Made by a program: the position numbers and the translations under genes
The notes under the pieces: model-generated
The model's input: only the letters and a program-made list of their open reading frames with translations
Told to the model about the DNA's origin: nothing
Database searches by the model: none
Assembly (NCBI GenBank): GCA_037200765.1
Contig: JBBCII010000003.1
Coordinates: 1,040,741-1,104,740 of the forward strand
Source: Bacteroidota bacterium
GTDB lineage: Bacteria; Bacteroidota; Bacteroidia; Cytophagales; Cyclobacteriaceae
Reading direction: 5' to 3'
Length of the DNA: 64,000 nucleotides
In this document: positions 9,879 through 17,690 of the stretch, one piece after another
Position numbering within the stretch: the stretch's first letter is position 1
How the letters are laid out: every line of letters begins with the position of its first letter

Positions 9879-10118
9879 TTGTTCACCGAGGAACGGCTTG
9901 CTCGTTAAGGTATGTTTCAGTCCTGTTTTCTTATCCGTCCATGACCAGGATGCCTGGCTTCAATTAACAAAAAGAATATGACGACGTCGAGTGCAGAGAA
10001 ATGAAATGTTATAATTATTGACCACCTACGTAGAAAGGATTACATATAAAGTTGTAGTGAACTTTGCATGACCTGTTTTCGCAGGCTTTTGTATGAAGAG
10101 GAATGAAACAGGTTCAGG

Positions 10119-10139
10119 TAGCTGATTTTTTATCAGCTA
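10119..10139. promoter_or_regulatory. Perfect 8-5-8 palindrome, possible operator
   Basis: TAGCTGAT-TTTTT-ATCAGCTA in the intergenic region upstream of the LytTR gene. Confidence 0.4.
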
Positions 10140-10190
10140 AAAAACAATTAGGACCATAGGATTGCAGGGGTAAACTATCTAAGTTAGTTC

Positions 10191-10236
10191 AAGAGCCCAT
10201 CAAGCTGGAGTGCATACCTCGGCTGGTGGGCTCTTT
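10191..10236 (+). promoter_or_regulatory. Leader hairpin (terminator/attenuator-like) ~35 nt upstream of the LytTR start
   Basis: AAGAGCCCA...TGGGCTCTT outer stem, inner GCTGGAG/CTCGGC stem, loop TGCATAC, then a U-rich tail. Confidence 0.5.
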
Positions 10237-10269
10237 GTGTTTGCGCCAGCAAGTCACTCCTTCTAAACC

Positions 10270-11013
10270 ATGGAAACAAAAATCGATTCCATTATTATCG
10301 ATCAGGAACCTTCTTCGTCGTCGAGACTGAGGAAGTGTTTGGCCGCCAGGTTTCCGAATATCGCTGTGCAAGGCGAAGCTTCCGACTGCATGGAAGCTAA
10401 AAAATTGGTGAAGGCGAAACTTCCAGCTTTAGTATTTCTCGACGTTAACGTATTAGATCGCGCGCCCATCTCGGTTCTATGGGAAAGCGATCATCGATTC
10501 GAGGTGATCTTGCTTTCAAATGCGCTAAAGGATGCGATCACCGCCCTTCGCCAGGGTGCATGTGGTTTTATACTGAAGCCAATCGAGGCAGTCGAGGTTG
10601 TTGCTTCTGTAGAAAGCGCGCTCCTAAAATTAGCTAGCCGTACCCAGCAGTATGCATCGGAAGATCCTGCGCCATTTAATTTCCCACAACAAACACAAAT
10701 GATTGGTGTGCCAACCATAGATGGGATCAATTTTTTATCTACTCATGAGATCATACGATGCGAAGGACTCCAAAAGTGCACTCGTGTAATCTCAACTAGG
10801 AACCGGTGCCTCATCAGTGCATATAATATTGGTGAGTTCAGAAAGATACTCGAGGAATGCGGATTCTTTACGTGTCATAAATCCCATCTCATTAACCTTA
10901 TGTACGTGAAAAAGTTGACCCGCGAGGACTTCATTTTGCTGGGAGACAAAGAGTCCGTACCACTGGCCAGGAGGAAACGTGTCGAGTTTCTTCAACGGAT
11001 CCGCCATCTATAA
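10270..11013 (+). CDS. LytTR-family response regulator (REC + LytTR), no adjacent kinase
   Basis: LVFLDV phospho-Asp motif, GFILKP, IIRCEG, FFTCHKSHLINL, VPLARRK. Confidence 0.9.
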   Translation: METKIDSIIIDQEPSSSSRLRKCLAARFPNIAVQGEASDCMEAKKLVKAKLPALVFLDVNVLDRAPISVLWESDHRFEVILLSNALKDAITALRQGACGFILKPIEAVEVVASVESALLKLASRTQQYASEDPAPFNFPQQTQMIGVPTIDGINFLSTHEIIRCEGLQKCTRVISTRNRCLISAYNIGEFRKILEECGFFTCHKSHLINLMYVKKLTREDFILLGDKESVPLARRKRVEFLQRIRHL

Positions 11014-11176
11014 ATGATCCCGACGCATACTTGCCTGGTGGCAGGTAGGTAGCCGATAGTTCACCAAACACCACCGATGATTCTCAAAGGGTGCCCGAAG
11101 ATCAGATGATCTTTGATCGGCGAAAACAATCCGACTAACATTACTTCGTAACAAATGATGATCGCATCGACAAAGG

Positions 11177-11482
11177 ATGTTTGTCAAAAATATTGTTTTA
11201 ACGGGAGCACTTGATCGCGAAGGGATTGACGATGGAAGTTTGAGCACCGATGTAATTGTCGAACTCGACGATGGACAAAAATACATTGCAACCTTCTATG
11301 CAAGCGACTTTTTGGAGGCAACGATCCGCGAAGAACGATCGACCCCGGTGTACAACTCCGGGCATTACTATAAAATCCTGAACATGGTCCTGGTAAAGAA
11401 TCTCAATTACCAGGAGATGCTGGAAGTTATTGATGAAATGATTGATGAAGGCGACTTCCAACTAGTGTTCAATAAAGTGTGA
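11177..11482 (+). CDS. Small acidic hypothetical protein, first gene of the eCIS operon (immunity-protein-like)
   Basis: 101 aa, D/E-rich, DVIVELDDGQKYIATFY...LVKNL...VIDEMIDEGDF; ends 7 bp before the DUF4255 gene. Confidence 0.6.
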   Translation: MFVKNIVLTGALDREGIDDGSLSTDVIVELDDGQKYIATFYASDFLEATIREERSTPVYNSGHYYKILNMVLVKNLNYQEMLEVIDEMIDEGDFQLVFNKV

Positions 11483-11489
11483 GCCAATT

Positions 11490-12089
11490 ATGATTTATCA
11501 GGCGATGGAACTAATCAGGCGGAACCTCAACACCTTCTTGAGCAACAACGCCGTGGTGGTACCAGAGCCGGTTGCACTGAAGAACGTCGCGTACGCAACG
11601 CCCGATACTCCGGGAGGAGCGACTGATGAGTCAGCGCAGATCTACATGTCGCTAGTGAATGTCGAAGAAGAGCAGACATTGAAGAACCTCAGTGCGGTAC
11701 GTCAGAGTGACATTCGACCGCTGGCCTACGTGAACCCGCCGATGTACATAAACCTTTACCTGTTGTTCTCTGCGAATCATAAGGACTATGATACAGCAAT
11801 AATCACGATTGGAAAGGTCCTTATGTTCTTCCAGGGTAATAAAACATTTTCACTTGGTTTAACGCCTGTGCCGAGTATAGTTCCATTTGCAGCTCCAGGA
11901 GAGAACGATTATAGGATCAAGGTCACGCTGGATCTCGTGAGCCTAACATTTGAGCAGGTAAACTATTTGTGGGGCTCGTTGGGCGGCAAGCAAATGCCTT
12001 TCCTGTTGTTCAAGGCAAGAATGGTAGAGATCGACGCAGACCGGATGTTGAAGGGCGGCACGGTTGTATCAGAACTTCAGATCAATTGA
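11490..12089 (+). CDS. eCIS cap / tail terminator (DUF4255, Afp16/Pvc16-like)
   Basis: MSLVNVEEE, NPPMYINLYLLFSAN, SLTFEQVNYLWGSLGGKQMPFLLFKARMV. Confidence 0.9.
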   Translation: MIYQAMELIRRNLNTFLSNNAVVVPEPVALKNVAYATPDTPGGATDESAQIYMSLVNVEEEQTLKNLSAVRQSDIRPLAYVNPPMYINLYLLFSANHKDYDTAIITIGKVLMFFQGNKTFSLGLTPVPSIVPFAAPGENDYRIKVTLDLVSLTFEQVNYLWGSLGGKQMPFLLFKARMVEIDADRMLKGGTVVSELQIN

Positions 12090-12095
12090 CAAAGT

Positions 12096-13313
12096 ATGAA
12101 ACTGGTCTACAAAAAATTATTTGAGGTTGAGATCAAGCACGATTACTTTTTATTACCGTCAGAGAAGTATCCCCTGGACTATGATATTTCGAAGACGATC
12201 GGAATTGCACCGACCACCGGAACGGAGCAGTTGATGAAGGATTATAAGATCGTCTTCAGGGAAACGAATACCGGTTTTGCTGTTTATATCGCTGCGGAAC
12301 AGGTCGGGCCTACGAGCTATGCCTCGGTGATCGATAGCGATCCAAAGCTGGTCCTTTCGTTCAAGTGGACGTTGGCGAATCCTCATTTCCTGAATTTCAC
12401 CAATCAGCGACTTAAGGAAAGTGACCGTAACATTTATTATTTCTCCAACAGAAGTGCATCACAGGCAAACGGAATCAACTACCTGAGCAAAACACTTACT
12501 CCATCCAGTAGTACATACTTTGGGGAGCCATCATATCGGCTAGGTGATATCATTTCGTACAACAATGAAACTTACGAACTGATCGAAAAAGACTCACCGG
12601 TAAATCCATTTCCGGCCAACGCCTTGAAGTGGGTAAAGTTGAGCACGTCAGTTGTCAACTATGTTAATCCGTCCGACCGGTTGCATTGGTGCACCGACTT
12701 CTTTCGTCACGAACGCAATAACACAATACCAGGAGAGACGATAAGGTATAAGCTCCTCAATGTCGATGGAAACGTTGTCGACCTGGGTGTAACTGTTGGC
12801 ACGGATCAACCGCAGAGTGAATATCGGACGCCTGTCGCTGCCAGCGATCGCGTAAACAACTCGGTCGATCTACAGCATATACCTGCCGGTAAATATACCA
12901 TGCAGATCAATGAGTCGGCAGGCATCAGCAATGATGAATTCTATTTATCACATCGTTCCGAAGCGACGAGGCTAATTGGAGTTTCAGATCTTTTTGTGAC
13001 TGGTGCAGCTGCGCCGTTTCAGTTCATATCGCAAGACCCGGCAACACTTAGATGGATACTCAGCCCAACGCCATTGAAATTTCTTGTGAGATTCCATAAC
13101 CGCCTTACACGATGGAGGTATCTGAAGCAAGACGGAACAGTATTTCATCAGTCACCTGATCCGAGACCTCTTACGCGAAGATACTCTGAATACGAGATCG
13201 CGGTTGCAGCGGGAACATTGAAGCTTCCTGATCCTTCGGTCGACAGCATCATACCTGAAGTAGATGCAGACCTTGTTAAAAACATATACTCTGAAATAAT
13301 TCTCTCCAAATAA
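12096..13313 (+). CDS. Putative eCIS cap-adaptor (Alg16B-like by position), with an internal CBM5/12-like segment
   Basis: Lies between cap and sheath; YKKLFEVEIKHDYF N-terminus and FHNRLTRWRY / LPDPS C-terminus as seen in Bacteroidota eCIS; assignment is by synteny only. Confidence 0.55.
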   Translation: MKLVYKKLFEVEIKHDYFLLPSEKYPLDYDISKTIGIAPTTGTEQLMKDYKIVFRETNTGFAVYIAAEQVGPTSYASVIDSDPKLVLSFKWTLANPHFLNFTNQRLKESDRNIYYFSNRSASQANGINYLSKTLTPSSSTYFGEPSYRLGDIISYNNETYELIEKDSPVNPFPANALKWVKLSTSVVNYVNPSDRLHWCTDFFRHERNNTIPGETIRYKLLNVDGNVVDLGVTVGTDQPQSEYRTPVAASDRVNNSVDLQHIPAGKYTMQINESAGISNDEFYLSHRSEATRLIGVSDLFVTGAAAPFQFISQDPATLRWILSPTPLKFLVRFHNRLTRWRYLKQDGTVFHQSPDPRPLTRRYSEYEIAVAAGTLKLPDPSVDSIIPEVDADLVKNIYSEIILSK

Positions 13314-13324
13314 ATATTAAACAT

Positions 13325-15844
13325 ATGGCAAGTACGTACAGAACTCCCGGCGCTTATGTTGAGGAAATAAGCAAGTTTCCGCCGTCAGTTGCAGCAGTAG
13401 AAACTGCAATACCAGCATTTATTGGTTATACTGAGAAAGCGGAAAGGAACGGAGAGAGCCTCCTGAGGACACCGTTCAAGATCGATTCATTTCTCGAGTT
13501 CGAACAATTCTTTGGAGGCCCGCCTTCGAGGAAGGTCATTGTCAGGCTTAACTCCGTCAACCAGTTTTTGAGGATCGAACGTGATCCCCGGGAGATCCCA
13601 TTTTTGCTCTACGACTCCGTCCGACTTTTCTATGACAACGGAGGCGGCATTTGCTACATTGTTTCTGTTGGCGATTACACAGCTGCTCCGTCGCTTGGAA
13701 ATAATACATCGGGCATTCTTGGTGGATTGAAGATCCTTGAGAAATATGATGAGCCGACACTGATCACGAGCCCGGATGCGGTGAACCTTGATTCGGGTTT
13801 ATATAATTTTCAGCAGCAAGCTCTCGCACAGTGTAACAAATTGCAGAATCGATTCCTCATTTGTGATCTGCTTCGGAGCGATGAGCTGAAGAACGGTGAG
13901 ACACATGAGGAACGCATCGCGCAATTCCGCGACAACATCGGGATCAACTATCTGAAATACGGCGCTGCTTATGCGCCGTGGCTTAAGACCTCCTTGCCTC
14001 TTGATCTTCGTTTCCGTGATGTGACCTTCGCCTACGATGGCCAGTTGAATCCAACGACCGTTACTTCGATAGCATTGCTGCAATCAACAACCTCGAATGC
14101 GGCAATACAACAATTGATCTATGATCTATTCAACGCAAGCAAGACCGTTGATGATCTCAACGCAAAACTCGCACCTGGTGCCGGGCTGGTAGACGCGGGT
14201 ATCAAGGATCTTACCGCGCAAATCAAAAAATTATCCGGAGATTTTAGAACAGCATTTGATACGCCTGCGAACATTACAGTGGCGTTGCTTGGTCCCGCGA
14301 TCAGTCCGATCTACGACAAGATCAGGGATATTATTATAGCTCTGAAAACGATCTCCGATGGATTGCCAGCAGTAGTAGCAAGTTTATCGGCGCCAGATAT
14401 TACAAAGAGCGTCGAATTTAAGTTGGCTAAAGACATTGCGACGTTAGCGACCAAAGCGAAAATATTCTTCAATGTGCTGGCAACACATCACAAGGAGATC
14501 AACCTTGAGCAGAACACGGTGAATCTTCTCTCTGGCACATTCCAGACTGCGATCGATTTTCTTTATGGAACACCAACAACGTTAGCCAACGTTCCAATCG
14601 ATACTCCTACACGGAGATCTTATCGATTGATAGCAGCAAAGAAGGCTATGTACGATGAGGTGTTGAAGAATGCAAACGGTTTAGCAACAGCAAGTGCGAC
14701 CGGACAAGCCGTGACCGACTCAGTACCTGCAAATGCAAGCCTTTTGCAGATTGCGATTAATGCGGCGTTTGGGCCAATAGCTGGTTCGAACCTGACGAAT
14801 GCATTCACGACAGCACCATTTACGACTACATACACGGGCGCGAACGGGATTACAAAGGTAGCTATGATGATCCTGAAGGCTTTAGCTGAAGAAGAGAAAG
14901 CGGCAAACTCTGCTGCTACAACCGTAGGTGCACTCTTTCCCGACTCTGGCGATCTCTTCTCATACATTGCCAATGGTGTGTACCCGGAAATGCAACGCCT
15001 TAAGGTGCTTGCTGAGCAAGCGGCGGCAATCTCCGGTGCAACGCCGGTTCAAGTAGTTGCGGCTGTAACAGTGCAAATGGTTCCTCAAAGAGAATATGCC
15101 TTGCTGGCAGCTGATGGTGCAGTATCCGCTGCAGCTAATGCCATCGCATTCTTTGACGCAATAGTGAACACCGCAGAGACCTATGAGACAACGTTCGATC
15201 AAAGTCTTTCGCAATCATACGGTCTGTACAAAACGCTGCTTACGAAAGCAGGCCAGGAGATAATGATCCTTCCGCCAAGTGGCGGCATCGCTGGCATCTA
15301 TGCAAGCGTTGACAGCGATCGTGGTGTATGGAAAGCCCCGGCCAATGCGAGCTTGTCGTCTGTTGCTGCCCCGCTGGTCGTACTGAACGTTGAGGACCAG
15401 GAAGGAATGAATGTGGATCCAAATGCTGGTAAGTCAATTAACGCCATCCGGCAGTTTACAGGCAAAGGAACTTTGGTTTGGGGAACGAGAACTCTTGCCG
15501 GCAACGACAACGAGTGGCGATACGTGCCCGTTCGGCGATTCTTCAATTATGCGGAAGAGTCGATAAAGAAAGCAACCGAGCCTTTCGTCTTCGAACCCAA
15601 TGATCTTAATACATGGGTAAGAGTAAGGGCGATGATCGAGAACTTCCTCACACTTGAGTGGAGACGTGGTGCGCTGGCGGGTTCGAAGCCCGATAAGGCA
15701 TTCTATGTAAAAGTCGGCCTCGGTGAAACGATGACCGCACTTGATATTCTCGAAGGTCGAATGATCATCGAGGTGGGGATGGCTGTTGTTCGTCCAGCTG
15801 AGTTTATCATACTGCGCTTTGCTCACATGATGCAGGAATCTTGA
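13325..15844 (+). CDS. Contractile tail sheath protein (839 aa, large insertion)
   Basis: YRTPGAYVEEIS...ETAIPAFIGYT; PPSGGIAGIYA..D..RGVWKAPAN; WRYVPVRR; FVFEPND; VRPAEFIILRF. Confidence 0.97.
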   Translation: MASTYRTPGAYVEEISKFPPSVAAVETAIPAFIGYTEKAERNGESLLRTPFKIDSFLEFEQFFGGPPSRKVIVRLNSVNQFLRIERDPREIPFLLYDSVRLFYDNGGGICYIVSVGDYTAAPSLGNNTSGILGGLKILEKYDEPTLITSPDAVNLDSGLYNFQQQALAQCNKLQNRFLICDLLRSDELKNGETHEERIAQFRDNIGINYLKYGAAYAPWLKTSLPLDLRFRDVTFAYDGQLNPTTVTSIALLQSTTSNAAIQQLIYDLFNASKTVDDLNAKLAPGAGLVDAGIKDLTAQIKKLSGDFRTAFDTPANITVALLGPAISPIYDKIRDIIIALKTISDGLPAVVASLSAPDITKSVEFKLAKDIATLATKAKIFFNVLATHHKEINLEQNTVNLLSGTFQTAIDFLYGTPTTLANVPIDTPTRRSYRLIAAKKAMYDEVLKNANGLATASATGQAVTDSVPANASLLQIAINAAFGPIAGSNLTNAFTTAPFTTTYTGANGITKVAMMILKALAEEEKAANSAATTVGALFPDSGDLFSYIANGVYPEMQRLKVLAEQAAAISGATPVQVVAAVTVQMVPQREYALLAADGAVSAAANAIAFFDAIVNTAETYETTFDQSLSQSYGLYKTLLTKAGQEIMILPPSGGIAGIYASVDSDRGVWKAPANASLSSVAAPLVVLNVEDQEGMNVDPNAGKSINAIRQFTGKGTLVWGTRTLAGNDNEWRYVPVRRFFNYAEESIKKATEPFVFEPNDLNTWVRVRAMIENFLTLEWRRGALAGSKPDKAFYVKVGLGETMTALDILEGRMIIEVGMAVVRPAEFIILRFAHMMQES

Positions 15845-15877
15845 TCAAGGAATAATAAAATCATTAAAAAATAATTT

Positions 15878-16312
15878 ATGGCAGATTATCCAATGCCCAA
15901 GTTTCACTTCAGCGTGGAGTGGGCACCAGGCACACGGATCGGGTTTACGGAAGTGACCGGTCTCACGATGGAGTCAGACGTTATCGAATATCGTGAAGGA
16001 AGCAGTCCGCTTTTTCATAAAACTAAAATGGCCGGCCTTCAAAAACTTGCGAACATCGTTTTGAAGCGAGGTATGTTCCCTGGCGACATCGAGTTCAACG
16101 AATGGATGAATACCATCGAGATGAATAAGGTTGAACGCAGAGACGTTACGATCAAGTTGCTCAATGAAAAACATGAGCCAGTGTTCACATGGCAGGTATT
16201 GAATGCATGGCCTGTAAAAGTTCAATCGACCGATCTGAAAGGCGACGGCAACGAAGTAGCGATCGAGACAATGGAGCTCGCACACGAGGGCATCAAGATA
16301 ACCAAGCAATAG
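15878..16312 (+). CDS. Inner tube protein (T4 gp19-like, Afp1-like)
   Basis: FHFSVEW, FTEVTGL..E..VIEYREG, LKRG, NAWPVKVQSTDLKGDGNEVAIETMELAHEG. Confidence 0.96.
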   Translation: MADYPMPKFHFSVEWAPGTRIGFTEVTGLTMESDVIEYREGSSPLFHKTKMAGLQKLANIVLKRGMFPGDIEFNEWMNTIEMNKVERRDVTIKLLNEKHEPVFTWQVLNAWPVKVQSTDLKGDGNEVAIETMELAHEGIKITKQ

Positions 16313-16771
16313 ATGGCCACTTATTATCCGCCTGTTTCTTTTCATTTCAAGGTTGAATTCGGATTCAAGGAGAGCTTTCACGGTGTTCCGCCAAATAAGG
16401 ATGAGATACAATTTCAGTCCGTGTCGGGGCTTTCTGTCGAGTTTCAAACTGAAACGATAAAGGAGGGTGGCGAGAATCGTTTCGAACACGAGCTTCCGGT
16501 AAGGACAAAATTTCCAACGCTTGTTTTCAAACGAGGTCTCGTCAAAGATTCGTCGCTGATCAAATGGTGTCTCAATACTTTTCAGAGCTTGGAGATCAGG
16601 CCGGTAGATCTCGAAATAAAGCTGCTCAATGAGAAGCACGATCCGCTGCTCACGTGGGCAGTGAAGCAGGCATGGCCGAAGAAGTGGGCAGTGGAAGATT
16701 TGAATGCCATGGACAGCAAAGTGATGGTCGAGTCCCTTGAACTTCGATATCAGGATTTTTCTATTCTCTAA
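16313..16771 (+). CDS. Tube initiator (second gp19-like, Afp5-like)
   Basis: YYPPVSFHFKVEF, FQSVSGL, EGGENRFEHELP, AWPKKW, ESLELRY. Confidence 0.93.
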   Translation: MATYYPPVSFHFKVEFGFKESFHGVPPNKDEIQFQSVSGLSVEFQTETIKEGGENRFEHELPVRTKFPTLVFKRGLVKDSSLIKWCLNTFQSLEIRPVDLEIKLLNEKHDPLLTWAVKQAWPKKWAVEDLNAMDSKVMVESLELRYQDFSIL

Positions 16772-16782
16772 AAAGATTCGTT

Positions 16783-16968
16783 ATGCCGATCGAGATCCGC
16801 GAATTGTACATCAAAGCTGTGGTAAATGATCCGAGGGAGAAAAATCCAGATGGCGCCGAAGGAAATTCAAATATGCAAGGGCAAGCCACCGTCGAGAATA
16901 CTGAACAAGTAATTGAATTATGTGTGGAGAAAGTGCTGGACGTCCTTCGTGAAAGAACGGAACGCTGA
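16783..16968 (+). CDS. Small Afp6/plug-like protein (DUF5908-like)
   Basis: MPIEIRELYIKAVV...CVEKVLDVLRERTER, at the canonical position after the second tube gene. Confidence 0.8.
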   Translation: MPIEIRELYIKAVVNDPREKNPDGAEGNSNMQGQATVENTEQVIELCVEKVLDVLRERTER

Positions 16969-16973
16969 ACGCT

Positions 16974-17687
16974 ATGTCATCTGAGCTAACTAAAGTAAAA
17001 ATTACGGCCTATAAATCGGCGGGATTCGAAGATAACAAGAAGATCTCCGATGGAGAGTTCGTTGCTCTTGTGAATCCGGAGGGTTATAACAGGTCATACA
17101 AAGTCAAGTATAAAGATCAACAAGCATCAGGTACCAAGGCTCAGCAGATGACGTTCGATAAGATCGAACCGGAGGATATAGACTTCGAATTCCTGTTCGA
17201 TAAGACCGGTGCCCTTCCGGGTACATTCAAAGGAACAACGGACGCAGAAGTAAAAAATGAAAGTAAAGATGGGATCTGGCCCGACGTCGAGAAATTCAAG
17301 AAAGTAGTTTACGCCTACAAAGGCGAAATACACCAGCCACCTTTCCTCATTCTTCAATGGGGAGAATTGCTTTTCAAATGTGTGCTGCGCGAGATGACGA
17401 TCAACTTCAAATTGTTTCGTCCCGATGGCACACCTCTGCGGGCAGTTGCGAAGGCAAAATTCACTGCAACAGTCGAGAATGAATTGCGGGTACGCCAGCA
17501 GTCGAATGCTTCTCCCGACATTACTCACGTTCGCATCGTGAAGGCGGGCGACACTCTTCCGTTGCTTGCCTACGATGTATATGGAGAGCCGTCTTATTAC
17601 ATCCAGGTGGCAAAGGCAAACAACCTGTTCTCATTCAGACATCTCGAACCTGGGATGAAAATATTCTTTCCCCCGATCAGGAAATAG
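16974..17687 (+). CDS. Tube-baseplate hub protein with LysM (Afp7-like)
   Basis: NPEGY, FEFLFDKTG, PPFLILQWG, FRPDGTPLRA, C-terminal LysM VKAGDTLPLLAYDVYG...VAKANNL. Confidence 0.93.
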   Translation: MSSELTKVKITAYKSAGFEDNKKISDGEFVALVNPEGYNRSYKVKYKDQQASGTKAQQMTFDKIEPEDIDFEFLFDKTGALPGTFKGTTDAEVKNESKDGIWPDVEKFKKVVYAYKGEIHQPPFLILQWGELLFKCVLREMTINFKLFRPDGTPLRAVAKAKFTATVENELRVRQQSNASPDITHVRIVKAGDTLPLLAYDVYGEPSYYIQVAKANNLFSFRHLEPGMKIFFPPIRK

Positions 17688-17690
17688 AAG

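Noticed and set aside
11028-11047. Short hairpin TACTTGCC-TGGT-GGCAGGTA as a repeat element
   Set aside because: Single imperfect copy in the window; cannot be supported as a REP family from this sequence alone.
15974-16639. 221-aa antisense ORF
   Set aside because: Shadow of two well-supported tube genes; no motifs.
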